Positions 30,420 through 53,500 of a stretch of 64,000 nucleotides of DNA are shown here, in pieces. Below the pieces are notes generated by a model, which was not told where the DNA came from, searched no databases, and saw nothing but the letters and a program-made list of their open reading frames with translations. The translations under genes and the position numbers were made by a program. The DNA comes from the human T2T-CHM13v2.0 reference genome, Homo sapiens. Position 1 is the first letter of the stretch. Each line of letters opens with the position of its first letter. The stretch lies in NCBI RefSeq assembly GCF_009914755.1, contig NC_060938.1. One strand, given 5' to 3'.

Positions 30420-31560
30420 GCGTCCTCCAGCCGCGTCCTGGGGGACGAGTCAGGGGCTGAGCAAGGAGGCTCGACATCTCTGCGCTAAACACTCAACTGT
30501 TTGTTTTCTGCAAAGTGGCAGGACATATTTCGGTGGTGACCGCAGCAACGATTCGCTCCTCGATTGTTAGGCTCTGAGTGGCAGTGGGGACACTGCGATC
30601 GACGGTTTGAAAGGAGTAAACCGTTGTTTTCGGGAACTTCTCTCTCACTGCTGTGGGATTGCGAGCGGAGGGAGAAAGAGAAAGAAAAGCCCACACAAAA
30701 GCAGCCAGCCCTGCAAGCTCCGCCAGCACAAAGGCCGGCTCGCTGGTGCGGAGCTGGGAGGCTGGGCTGGAGCTAGGAGTGCGGTGAGTCCTCCGAGGCC
30801 TGCGCGCCGCGCCCAGCGCGCCCAGAGCTGCCCCCGCGCACCCCACACCTGGGCACCGCGCTCCGGAGGAGGATCGGGGCGCACGCCTGGCGCACCCAGG
30901 GCTGCAACGCTCCCGGGACTGTTACGCTCGCGGAGCGACCCCACGCCACTGAGGCTCCGGTTCCGTCCCTGCCCCGGCGCCACGTCTGCAGCCGCGGCCG
31001 CCCAAGTGGCCGGAGCCGGGCCCGTCCTCACCTGTGCGCCTTCAGCTGAGCAGCGCGCGGAGGACAGAGGCAGCGGCGGCGCGGGCGCTCGGCATCCCAG
31101 CGGCGGGCCCTGCGGCGGCGGCGGCGGTAGCGGCGGCGACTCCCTCCGCTGTCTGGGACGCTAGGGGGAGGGCGCTTCGCTTTGTTGCTTATTCATAAGG
31201 CCGCGGCTACGGCCGGGGATTGGGCGGTGAGTAGGTGTGCCCGCCCTGGCTCTGCTGGCACTGACAGCCGACGCCGTCGCCCACGCCCCCCTGCGCCCAC
31301 TTCCCCGCCTCCGCTCTCCCGCGGGGGCGGCTTCTGCTGGAGTCCCGGCACCTGGGACCCCTCGGAGATCCCGTGCTCCGCTTCCCCTCTTTAAGCGGGA
31401 GCTTCTGCGGCAGCTCGCCTCCCTATCTACGCGGAAGAGACCAGGGCACCGTTTACACGAGAAAAACCTCAATTTTGCTGTCTTTGGTTCAGGCAAGGAG
31501 CGCAAATCTGAGACTGCAGTGTTCCTTGTGGAAACTATGGACGGCTTGGCGGTGCCCTTA
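30420..31560. promoter_or_regulatory. ARMH4: CpG island / ARMH4 promoter
   Basis: Abrupt GC- and CpG-rich block; minus-strand CCAAT (31219-31223) overlapping a GC box (31222-31227); AT-rich TATGAATAAG at 31188-31197 upstream of exon 1. Confidence 0.9.
31032..31170 (-). other. ARMH4: ARMH4 exon 1 (5' UTR); upper boundary (TSS) approximate
   Basis: Strong donor CACAG|GTGAGG at 31032 inside the CpG island; contains an interrupted CCG repeat and a uORF. Confidence 0.7.
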
Positions 31561-32116
31561 AGTAGGACCCTTAAAGTAACTCTACACAGAATGTCCCTTC
31601 TCAGTCCGTCGGAGAAGTTGCAAACTAGTGCTAGTCACAAGTAAGGTTTATTGAGCCCTTACTCCTGCCAGGCACAAGAGTAGATGCTTTGCCCATTACT
31701 TTACCTGCTTAATCTGCACGATAGAAGGGTAGATATTGTAGTTCTCATTTACCAGGGTAGGAGGTTAAGGCTAAGGGCTGTGTAACTTCTCCAAGGTCAT
31801 CCGGCTCGCGTGGCCACCGGGAATTTGTGTCCTCCATTCTTGAGCCTCTCAAGGACTGTTTTCTTTTTCTGTTACTTCTAATGGTGTGGAAAGAGGTGTC
31901 GGAATCTAAAGGCCCGTTTTGGAACAACCTCCACAACGCAGCATTTTACATTTGCAGAGCACTCTTCACATTTGTCCCTTATTGTGCTTATTAGCTCCCT
32001 TCTTCATAATACCTTAGTCCCCTTTTGTAGTTAATTATAAACACCTTGAAGTCAGAGCAAAAGCTGGCTCACCTTTGACCCCCACACCTAACACAATGCA
32101 CAGGTATGTACTGGTT

Positions 32117-32298
32117 TCTGTTTGTTTGTTTGTTTGTTTGTTTTTGAGACAGGATCTCACTCTTTCCCCCAGGCTGGAGTGCAGTGGCGCCATCATGGCT
32201 CACTGCAGCCTCGACCTCCTCCTGGGACCTCAAGCCATCACCCACCTCAGCCTCCTAAGTAGCTGGGACCACAGGCATGCGGCACCACGACTGGCTAA

Positions 32299-32346
<48 letters not shown>

Positions 32347-32464
32347 GGTAAAGATGGGGTCTTCCTATCTTGCCCTGGCTAGTTTCAAACTCCTGGACTC
32401 AAGCGATCCTCCTGCCTCGGTCTACCGAAGTGTTTGAATTATAGACATGTGCCACGGTGCCCAG
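32117..32464 (-). mobile_element. AluJ with an expanded (TTA)n linker
   Basis: Reverse Alu; (ATT)~14 at 32303-32347; TSD CAGGTATG(T/C)ACTG. Confidence 0.88.
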
Positions 32465-32516
32465 CAGGTATGCACTGTTACCCATTCCCCCTCCCTTTAG
32501 AAATTATTATCTATGT

Positions 32517-34250
<1,734 letters not shown>

Positions 34251-34286
34251 TTCCAGAATGTGATTGGATTGAATTGAATCTATGAA

Positions 34287-36165
<1,879 letters not shown>

Positions 36166-36202
36166 TCAAGGTAATAAGCAAGGAAACTTAGGAAGGCAGT
36201 TT

Positions 36203-36395
36203 TAAGGTTGCCAGATTTAGCAAATAAAAATAGATGATTCCCAGTTAAATTTGAATTTCAGATAAACCACAAACAATTTTTAGCAAAAGTGTGTCCCAAA
36301 TATTAAAAGAATGGGACAGACAGTACTGAAACATTATTTGTGATTTATCTGAAATTCCAGTTTAACTGGGCATCCTGCATTTCATCTAGTAGCCC
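36203..36395. mobile_element. MER33/MER53-like DNA transposon fossil
   Basis: AGGTTGCCAGATTTAGCAAATAAAAAT..CCCAGTTAAATTTGAATTTCAGATAAAC with inverted counterpart TTTATCTGAAATTCCAGTTTAACTGGG. Confidence 0.7.
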
Positions 36396-37393
36396 TCTCA
36401 GTTTTAGGCAATTAGTTGGTCCTGGTTAGTAGAAAGTTTTTGTGTCACAGAGGAACTGGTCAAGTTTAGCAAAGAACAGGATAACCAACCACCAAGAGCC
36501 AGAAGTGAACGATACCCATTCAAATACCACACAGAGGGAAGAGCCTTGGCAATGCAGATGTAAGCATTATGGTGTCCTTGGAGAGGCTGTCACTCAGTTG
36601 GGAAGAAATGCTTCTCAGTATGGTAACTAATTGTCATTAGTTTGATTCCCACGTACCAAGTCCCATGTACATGGCACGTGGGTCTCTGCTGATACGAACA
36701 TTTCTGTCTGCTTGACCTCTATAAAATTGTTATTCTGTATTATGTGAGTGAATTGTTTGAGTCTGTTCCTAACACATCTATTCACGCCCATAAAAATTGG
36801 GTTTCTGATCTTGCAAAGTTAAGAACAAGGCCTTGAGCAGAGCTGACTTGACCGAGGTAAGTGCCACTTCATAAGGGTTCTTGCAGACCAGCTGGCAGGT
36901 CCTCCCCAGACTCTGCATTACCGTTTGCCGAGGGCGTTTTTTGTTGCAGTTTGTTTTGTCTTGTTTTCATTTGAAATTGTACCGCCACAAGGATTTGAGG
37001 CCGTCGAATAAAATGAAATGGAAGAGCCACATGAGAAAAAATTCTTCTTGGAAGGTTGAGTTTACCTGAGATCTCCTCAAAACCATTCCTGTTTTTCAGT
37101 GATTTTTTTCCTCCCTTTTTATAAAATTCCTTCCTTGGATTTTATAGTTCTTATTGGCTCCCCAAATACACAACAAGGAGGTCCTGCCGTGGAAGATGAA
37201 GAACTGGAGCTGCTATGTAGAACAGGAGTCATTTGTAAGTTGGATATTGAAGTCCTCCCTGCAATAAATGATCTTTTCCTTTTGGCCTTCCTAAAAGTTT
37301 ATGAACATGAGCATTTCAGCATCTCCCACTGTTCTCTGCCCAACTGCTCCCTGACTCTAATTCTCCATTGGGGACTTTCTTGTGGCTTTTAAT

Positions 37394-40369
<2,976 letters not shown>

Positions 40370-40807
40370 GACAGTGTGTTTTAAATAATCTCACATCTCC
40401 CACAACACCTACAGAAGTGCCTTGACATAGCAGCTGCTCAAAAGGTATTTGTTGACCAATCATGGCCATAGCTTATGCCTAAATAAATATGTAACACTAC
40501 AATGCTCAACATTTTATAATTATGAAGCATGAAACTGAATACTACTCACATGCAAAGGAAATTGGCTAGCTTCAGAATGAAATACATCAATCTCATTCAA
40601 ATTGGGAAGATACATTCCAATGTAAGTGCCTCTGAGACTTAAGATTTAATTATTTTTTACATCCTTTGAAAAGGAGTTAGTCCATATGTGCATGTGTCCT
40701 GTATGAAACCAGAGAACTGAGCCAATTGACGTTTCAAGTCCCTTTCTAACCACAAGTCTGTGATCCTTTTTATTGGTGAAGTTCACATTAATTTAAAGAA
40801 GAGTTGC

Positions 40808-41063
40808 AGGCCTGACATGGTGGCTCACACCTGTAATCCCAGCACTTTGAAAGGCCAAAATGGGCAGATCACTTGAGCCCAGGAGTTTGAGCCTAGCCTA
40901 AGCAACATGACCTAGCCACCACACCTGGCTAATTCTTTGAATTTTTGTAGAGGCAGCCTGGGAGATTGAGACTTCAGTCAGTCGTGATCATGCCACTGCA
41001 CTCCAGCCTGGGCAATAGAGTGAGACCTTGTTTCAAAAAACAAAACAAAAAAACAAAAAACAA
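40808..41063 (+). mobile_element. AluJ with internal micro-inversion and deletion
   Basis: Both arms plus-oriented, linker 40914-40955 inverted; TSD AAAGA(A/G)GAGTTG. Confidence 0.85.
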
Positions 41064-42245
41064 AGAGGAGTTGTGCATGAACAAGAAATATCCTGAGTGT
41101 AAGATTAAAAACAAAAACAGAAACCTGCTTCGAGATGAATCCAGAACTAGATTTCATGCAGGCCTAAGTCCTTTGAAGTAGCCACAGCAATATGTTTTGT
41201 TTTATTTTTTTTTCCTCAAGACCTACAATATAAAGTAGGCATAAAAGATTCACTTTGCAGAATCAGTCCAAAGCAATTCCTCCATAACTTGTTTACAAAA
41301 ATAGCCCAAAGGGGTGGAAAGACTTCCTTCAGAATCAGGGTGATTGAAAGCATGTCTCATATAGAGAAAATTATTTACTTCTGGACTGGTCTAAAGTGTG
41401 AGGCATCACCACAAAAGACAAAATGAACTTTTCTCCAAAAGATTCCCAGTAAAGATAAATGGAGGGTCATGTGATGTTCTTTCTTTTCTCCTCTTCTTGC
41501 TTTTAGGAGCCTTCTATAAGTGGTATTCAGGCATAGCGACATGTTTTGTTTTCCTTCTGTTTCTCTCTTTGCAAAAGGCGTTTTAAGGCACTTGCCATTG
41601 CCAGCTAACGTTCATTTTATGACATTGTTCCTAGCAATCAGTCTTACATTGATGGGCACTTCTCAGTCAGATCATATTCTGCTCAGTTCATAAAAAAAAA
41701 AAAAAAAAAAACAGATTTTTTTCCTTGTTACTCTCCATTTCTCTTTTAAATTCTATTCTTCTGATTTTCTCTTCTCATACTTCTACTTTCTAGATTTCAT
41801 ACTGCTGCTTTTAAAATCTAATGTCTTCTCCAGTGTATACATTGTTCCTTGTTTCAAAGACATGAGCCTGAGTACTTTGGCCCAATCCTTTTCAATTTCA
41901 GAGTCTTTAATTCCAGTATGCTGCTGTGTTTGAGGCAGCCTTGAGGAATATAACAAAATTTCACGTGGTGCAATGCATTATTCATTCATAAGCAGTTTTA
42001 CAGGCCCATTCTTTTGCCCAAGGCACAAACATAAGCAATTGATCTTACTTCCTCTCCCTCTCCTTCTACCTGGGTATAAGAAATGTGGCAGACATCAAGG
42101 ACATCTAAAGCAGATGATAAATATATGGAAGAAATTATCCATTATCCCAGGCTGTTGCTCCAAGCCTGCCCAATGTCATCCCTTTCCCAGCCTCAACTCC
42201 TCCGCCTCTTCCCCACCATCCTGAAGTAAATGGGAGTAACGCCTG

Positions 42246-42932
42246 TGTTATGGACTGAGTTGTATTCCCCCAAAATTCACATGCTGAAGCCCTAACTCCC
42301 AGTACCTGAGAATGTGACTGTATTTGGAAAGAGAGTCTTTTTTAGATTTTTATTTTTATTTTTAGAGACAGGATCTTGCTCTGTTGCCCAGACTGGAGTG
42401 CAGTGGTGCCATCATAGCTCACTGTAACCTCAAATTCCTGGGCTCAAGGGATTCTCCTGCCTAGCCTCCTGAGTACCTGGGACTACGGGCATGGACCACC
42501 ATGCCTGGCTAATTTTTTTTTTTTTTTTTTTTTTTTTTTGTGGTAGAGACAAAGTCTCGCTATGTTGCCTGCTGGTCTCGAACTTCTGAGATCAAGTGAT
42601 GCTCCCACCTTGGCCTCCCAAAGTGCTGGAATCACAGGCGTAAGCCACCAAGCCCAGCCAAGAGGGTTTTTAAAGAGGTAATTAATTAAAAATTCAACCC
42701 CATATGCCTTGTGTCCTTATAAAAGGGACACAGACAGACATGGAAGACCATGTGAAGTCACAGAGAGAAAGTGGCCATCTACAAGCCACAAAGAGAGGCC
42801 TCGGATGAAACCAACCCTGTCGACACCTTGATCTTGGGCTTCTAGACTCCACAACTATGAGAATATTAATTTCTGTTGTTTAAGGCACTTGGTTCATGGT
42901 ACTTTGTTAGGCAACCCTAACAGACTAATACA
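42246..42932 (+). mobile_element. MLT1B-like LTR interrupted by a minus-strand AluJ (42340-42659)
   Basis: TGTTATGGACTGAGTTGTATTCCCCAAAATTCAC start; CAGACTAATACA end. Confidence 0.85.
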
Positions 42933-44174
42933 CCCTGGCACAGTTGAAGGTCTCTTCTGATTGGCTAGTGCTTTTGCCATGCTGAGTATTTTTAATAGCT
43001 TCCCTGGTTGAAGCAAAACAGTTATATATTTAGAGGGGGAGCACAGGAAAATCACTGTCCCAAAAGGAGCATATTTTCAGACCAGAAAATCCACAAGTGG
43101 CACCTTTTTTACATTGCAGCTCTCCTTAGTAGTAGAATCTGGCTATGCCTTTGAGCCATTTCTTAGTAACATGACTTGAACTGCTGTAGAGGTCACCTGG
43201 AGGTTCTTGGCCTTTCCTGAGATAAGAGAGCAAATAAGTGTTCAAACAATCTAAGTAAAAGTATTGCATAGGAACCAGGAGCATGCATTTAGCTTCAAAA
43301 TAGGATAATAATAGTTTTGATATCCTAGGATTATTGGGAGAATTAAACGAGATAAGGTGTAATGTACTAAACACAGTGTCTTTAACACCCATTACATATT
43401 CAATGAATACTATTATGTGAAACAATTGCAGACCCGGGTAATGAAGTATTGATTTTCAGCTATAGAAGCACGTATTTCCTGAGTTGATGGCTAATGGATT
43501 TTTTTTATTTCTTGAGGAACTTTCTGGGAATAAAAATGGACCTATCAGTATCCCTATATTTAAACTTCAGGTTATTGTGGAAAGAACAATTTTCTGGGAA
43601 TAGATTTTAGAATGGTAATTTTGGCATAATTCTGTGGTATTTTCTTGGAATTTCACCAAGTTTCGCCAATGAAACTGTCAAATTTAACTAAGTAATTTGC
43701 ACTATGTCCATCCACCAGGTTCCCATTAACACTAAATTTTTCCCCAAGCAGAAACATTTTTACATAGGCAGAAAATGTTTTTAAATTTATTGAGATTATA
43801 CTATTATTTAAATGATCTAGCATTTTATGAAACTGCACTTAACTAGAACCAATTACATGACTTACATAGCTGAAAATAAGTTGGAATTATAATAATGTCT
43901 GGCCTATTACAGATATTTAATAGATTTATCTCATTTAAAGATCTCAAAACACATAATAATTATGGAGGTGTGCTTCTCTTCTGCTCCAATTTCCTTATTT
44001 ATCAAATGAGACACTAAACCTGCAAGAGATTGCCCAATGTCAGGGCAAAGCCTACACAGGAACCCAAATCTCTGGATGCATAATCCAGGACTCTTCCTCT
44101 CCTATTCAGTGGCACTTTCCTGTTTCAAGGGTAAAGAAACACATTTAAGAGTTTAACCAAAGATTTAGCTTCCC

Positions 44175-44437
44175 GGCCAGGCACGGTGGCTCACACTGTA
44201 ATCCCAGCACTTTGGGAGAACAAGGCAGGTGGATTACCTGAGGTCAGGAGTTGGAGACCAGCCTGGCCAACATGGTGAAACCCCGTCTCTACTAAAAACT
44301 ACAAAAATTAGCCAGACATGGTGGTGCATGCCTGTCATCCCAGCTACTCAGGAGGCTGAGGCAGGAGAGTCACTTGAACCCAGGAGGCAGAGGTTGTAGT
44401 GAGCTGAGATCATGCCACTGCCCTCCAGCCTTGGTGA
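44175..44437 (+). mobile_element. AluS lacking its 3' end and poly(A), with a perfect 17-bp TSD
   Basis: CAAAGATTTAGCTTCCC at 44158-44174 and 44438-44454. Confidence 0.9.
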
Positions 44438-45005
44438 CAAAGATTTAGCTTCCCAACTAAGCATCGTAATCTACATTGACACCTCTGTGCCTGGGATGGG
44501 CTCATGTTCTCTCACCTGAATTGAACATTTGTGTCTTCTTTGTCTGGCTAAGGATACTTACACATGGTTCCAAACTCACCTTAGCCATCCTGTTCAGGAA
44601 ACTCTCCCTGATTACCGAGGCTGGGTGGAATGCTGCCATCACACCTGGGCATGCAGTTCTGTCTTAGCACTCAGATTCAACTAGCCACGTGTCAGGCACC
44701 CAGCTGCCCACAGTGCCTCCTCCAGCATCCCACTCCAGCCTGTATTGTTTTTAGTGTGTATCACTCCTCAGCCCCTCAGACCTTCCCACAGTCTGTATTC
44801 TCCCTGGCCTGTATCCTCCCTTGACTTTTATCCTCTCTTCAGCCTGCATCACGCCCCAGCCTGTATCCTCTCTTAATTTGTACCACTTCCTAACCTGTAT
44901 CCATCTCGGCTTTTTATTATCCACCTTCCTGTATCCTCTCCAATCTATTGCCCCACCAGACTGTATCCTTTATCACTCCCCAATCCCCCAGCCTGTATCT
45001 CCTCT

Positions 45006-45817
<812 letters not shown>

Positions 45818-46879
45818 ACACCTTCTGCAGCCCGTGCACCCCAGTCTGTATCCCCGCAATCTATATCCCACAACCTGTATCACCCCAGCCTGAATTCCCC
45901 CAGGATACATCTCCCCAGCTTGAATCATTTCCCAGCCTGTATCACCCACTCCAGCATGGATGCCTCTGGCCTACATTCCTCTCAGCTTGTACCATCCCCC
46001 CACCTAAATGCCCCCTACATACTCACAGTTTGTCATATAATGTCCCCCCATCAATCCCATCTATCTCTCTCTCTCACACACACACACACACCACTAGCAC
46101 CACTAACACCACCACCCACCACCTGCACCTCACAGCACCCTGAGTGATTCTGCCCAAGGAGTACACCACTCAAGTTCACAGTCTGCAGCACCAGATGGAA
46201 ATTTTGTCTCCTTTCCAAGACTGGTGAGCAGGACTGGGCAACCCAAAGCAAAAATGTAGTCTCTTCTTTGCTTCTTTGAGCCTCAAGCCAATCATGAGCA
46301 GCCAGTCAGCCCTGCTTCCTATGCACTGAGCTCTGCACTAGTTTCCCCAGCAGTCTAGAATCACCCCCCACCCCCACCAAGCCAGCAGCAGGCACTCCCT
46401 TTCCGAAGGGAAATGAAATGGGGCCCAAATCAGTTGGCCAAATCCTTTCATCTCTCCTCTCGAAGGATTTGAAAATCCCTTTTCTCTAGGAGGATTGCTG
46501 ACCCCTCCACCCATTCTCCACCTGCAGTCCAGAGCTGACCTTCTGGACTTTTCTGTCCTTCTGGACTTTTCTTCATCTGTGCTATCCCACAACTTACATT
46601 TGCAAGATGGTGTGTTTGTGAGTGATGTATTCCTCCATAATTATCCTTGTATGTTAACCTGAACTTTTTCTGAGTTGGTTGGCATAAGTAACCAATACCT
46701 ACTGTCAAATAGCAAACATTAGGTGAAGAACATAGAACATCTGTGTAAAAGCATAAGTAACTATATGTACAAACATATACACATACAAAATACATGCATC
46801 TATACAGTGTATATGTATATATACATATATGATATATGTTACATTTTTATATATTTATAGATTGTATATATATATAAAA

Positions 46880-47530
46880 CAACAACCCTGCAAGGTGTAG
46901 TTACTATTCCTATTTCATAGACGAGGAAATTGAGGTTCACAGAAGTTAACTAGGTTGTCTAATGGCACACAGCAAGCAAGCAACAGAGCTGGAATACCAA
47001 CTCGAGCAGTCTGGCTCCAGAGTTGATCTTCTTACCCACTCTGCTGAACACTTACAAGGTGTCAGGATCACTGTGCTAAGTAGGGCGCATGCATCAATTA
47101 TGGCAAGAAAAGAGCAGGAGAGAAAGCCGAGAAAACTGTGTGCTAAAGCAATCAGGACAATTTTCACAGAGAAAGTGGGGCTTGAGCTAGCACGAAGGGA
47201 AAAGTTGGACTCAGACTTACAAGGGTAGGGTGTTCAGGCTGGGGGAATGGAATGAACTAGGCACAGGAGTAGGGGCATGCATGTCATGGTAGCATAATTT
47301 GTATAAAGGAGCTATGGGAAATAAGGAAGGAGAGGTTACGTGGAGACCAGATTGTGGCTGCCTTGAATGTTAAACCAAGGCATTTGGCCTTAATTATAAG
47401 GCAAGAAGAGGAAGCCCTAGGAAAATTTTTGAGCAAGCAAGTGGGAGAGGAGAGGGACAGTTGAATATGGTGAATGACTGAGAGATAAAAAGAATTTAAA
47501 AATTAGTCCAAAGTTTAGCTTGGGTGATTC
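46880..47530. mobile_element. MIR (46880-47040) and L2 fragments
   Basis: ATTTCATAGACGAGGAAATTGAGGTTCACAGAAGTTAA MIR core; degenerate purine-rich L2 sequence. Confidence 0.6.
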
Positions 47531-49276
47531 AGGTAATTTTTGTTTTAATAATAGAAATTGATTAAATTATACGTGGGGCTGAAATTTGCTTCCTTGCGAT
47601 AGTTACGCATATGATTGTTCTTTAAACTCTGCTGGGATGGAAATCCCATTTTGCCTTCTCCATAGAGCAATCCAGGAAAAATTTGTATAGGGCTAGACAA
47701 GTATGAAGAGTCAACAGGATCATTAGAATCCTATGGATTCTCCTACCCTAGAGAAAAATTCAAAAAGTTCAGCTATACTATGGGCATTTTAGCCACAAGC
47801 CAGTTGCCCTCTGGGATAGTACCCCAACTAAATAGGATGTTATGTCGCTTTGCAATGATTCCAAATACTTACATAGTTTGTTGTAGGAGTTACATGTTTT
47901 GCTGTGGGAATAACATGGAGTCTAATCCTTCTCCCTGTGAGAATGCTATGTCACATTTTATCAGACCATATAAATGAGTTATTGGCCTCCAACTACTGGA
48001 CTCCAAAACATATACAAACCCAAGATTTTGATAGACAGATTGAGAGCTTAGGCTGCGGCAGGGCTACTCTCTGTCAGCCTTCAAGCTATTCTCCAAAGCA
48101 TCTCCAGCCAACACCAGCACCACGTGCTAGCCTGGAGGGAACTTGCCCATCATTGCATGTCTTTGAGGATCTCTGCTGTGTTGGTCAAACCATCTTTGCC
48201 AAGAACTTCTTGTAGCTTTCTACAAGAAAGCTTTTGTCCTTTTATGTCTAGCTTATTTCACATAGCGTAATGTTTTTCAAAGTTTACCCATGTTGTAGCA
48301 TGTATTAGAACTTCATTCCTTTTTATGGCTGAATAGTATTCCATTGTATGCCTCAAACTTTGATTGGACTCTACATCCGCAGAGGCCTGCTTCCATCCTA
48401 ACTGAGTAACTAGACTTTAATAATGGACTCTAAATGAAATTGGAACTCACTGATTCTGTGGCTAATGCACTCTGTCTATTGAGTATTAATATATTCCCTG
48501 TGAGATTTGTTCTTGTTATTCTCCCTCTCTTTCAGCATTATGGAAAAGAAAAATATATCTTTCTATGGCAATAAATCATGTGATTCATGAAATCATACTT
48601 TGATCATCTCCCTATTTTAATCTACAAAACATAGAACAGCTGAGGAACTCAACTCTAGGAGCTCCTTTCTTGCTCTATATTTATATCGAGTGGGTGAGAA
48701 GTAGGTTTCTGTTGACAGATCAAAGCAGGCCTGATTTGCTAATGGTGTAGAAAATATTATTGGTTCAACGTTATATATCATAGTTAATCACTACATACTC
48801 TCCAGTCTTTTTAGATACGTCATTGTTTTAAAGTGTTATTAGGGGGTTAGTTGCTGTAAATATGCAACCTAAAAGACATACTTTAAACTTTTCCTCCACA
48901 GAGGGAATTAACAATAAATGAGAACATAAAGTGCGTGGGAAAATATACTTCACACCAGCCCTGGTACACGTTGCAAATACTCAACCCAAAGCAGGAGAAA
49001 TGCCTGGTGTCCTTCAGCACTGCCTGGCATGGGAGAGTGAATGGAAGAAGGACAGGGCAGGAAGGGAGCAGTAGAGACTGGAACCTGTCACACCAGCCCC
49101 ACCTCCACCTCCACCACAGGATAGTCCACACCTGCTTGATGAAGCCAAAAAATAGAAACTTTAGAGCCAGTTCAGTAAACACTCTAGTCTCGCAGTTTAC
49201 CAGCTGCATTTACCTTGGGCAAGTTACCTCTGTGTGTCATATCATTATTCCAAAATAAAAGGTTAAAAATAATCTA

Positions 49277-49580
<304 letters not shown>

Positions 49581-50789
49581 TTAAACAACACTTGCAAAGC
49601 ACCTACCATAGCACCCAAAACATCGAGGATACCCATAACTATTCATTCCTTGTCCCTTCCCCGCAGTGCGCAGCAGGAAGCAGTGGGGATAATGGGATAT
49701 TCCAACAGGCATCTAGGCAGAGCCCAGGACCAGGGAATCCAACAGAAAGCAGATTGTGAAGTATTAGGGGGTCAGGTGCCTCCACAGCTAACCTGCAGCT
49801 TACTAGGACAGACCGGCAAGGTGGATTGTTAGTGGGAAGGTAAATGGAGTCAGAAGTGGAGTCCCAGGGAAGGCACCAAACCCCTGGAGATTAAGTAGAG
49901 AAGAAAGGGAATTTAAACGGGAATTATGTATAATGGGGAAGGGTATGGGAATGGGAAGGAATTGAGGAATAGAGTGGATCTTATAAAATCTTGAAGGTGA
50001 GTACCTTCAATAAAAAATACTGAGCCAAGGCAGGAAAACCTTCCTCCCAAGACCAAGATTCAGGGACAGACTCCCCTGAGAAAACTGGCAAGAAAAGGAC
50101 AGGGGTTTGGCGACAAAACAAAGACCCAATTATCATAACTGGGATAGAAAATGAGAGCAAGGTCAGAGCCGGTGACAAGATCAGATCAGGAGGAACAGCT
50201 GCCACACGGTGCTGAGTCACTGCGACCTGATGCTGAGTCAGCAGAAGACCGACCTTCTGATTGGTCCCCAAGCTTGGGGCAGGGCTAAGCATGCAGATGG
50301 CAGTCCGGAGCCCTCAGCTGGGAGCCAGAAGCAGGAATCTAAGCTTGACATTGAAAGAGCAAATATTCCACAGAATCTTACAGTCAGGGGCCCTCCAGAC
50401 ACCAGAAGACATTCTTTTCTCTGTTTTCAGAGTGTATTAACAAATATCTTTAAGAATACTTCTGTCCTTTGGCTTCACACTCACCTGGGAAACGTTAAAA
50501 ATAAGTGTTCCAGCCCACCTCAAACTTAACAAATCAGAGTCTTTATGGATGAGGACAAAGCAGTTAGATTGGGTGAGTCTTGATATAAACTAAATTTGGA
50601 AAGACAAGAGTATTAGATTCTAAACTTTAAAACGACACTCTTGCTCACCTTGACTCTGATTTTATGTGTTGGGACCTGCCTTAGTTGGCAGTCTCTCCCT
50701 TCACTCTCTGAAAAGTAACTAGTCTCTAATACCCATATGGGTCTCAGACTCTGAGGTAGGCTCAGGGAGGTTCTTAGGAAGAAGTGGGG

Positions 50790-53500
<2,711 letters not shown>

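Noticed and set aside
31041-31071. TTCAGC...GGACAG resembling a REST/RE1 site
   Set aside because: Left half lacks ACC and the spacing is non-canonical
30485-31644. Overlapping 60-185 aa ORFs in the CpG island
   Set aside because: Expected from high GC content (few stops); low-complexity Ala/Gly/Arg/Pro products
46539-46572. 18-nt tandem duplication CCTTCTGGACTTTTCT
   Set aside because: Ordinary slippage duplication with no further structure
47560-48830. Possible ancient LTR-like element around the templated insertion
   Set aside because: Could not assign a family or termini by eye
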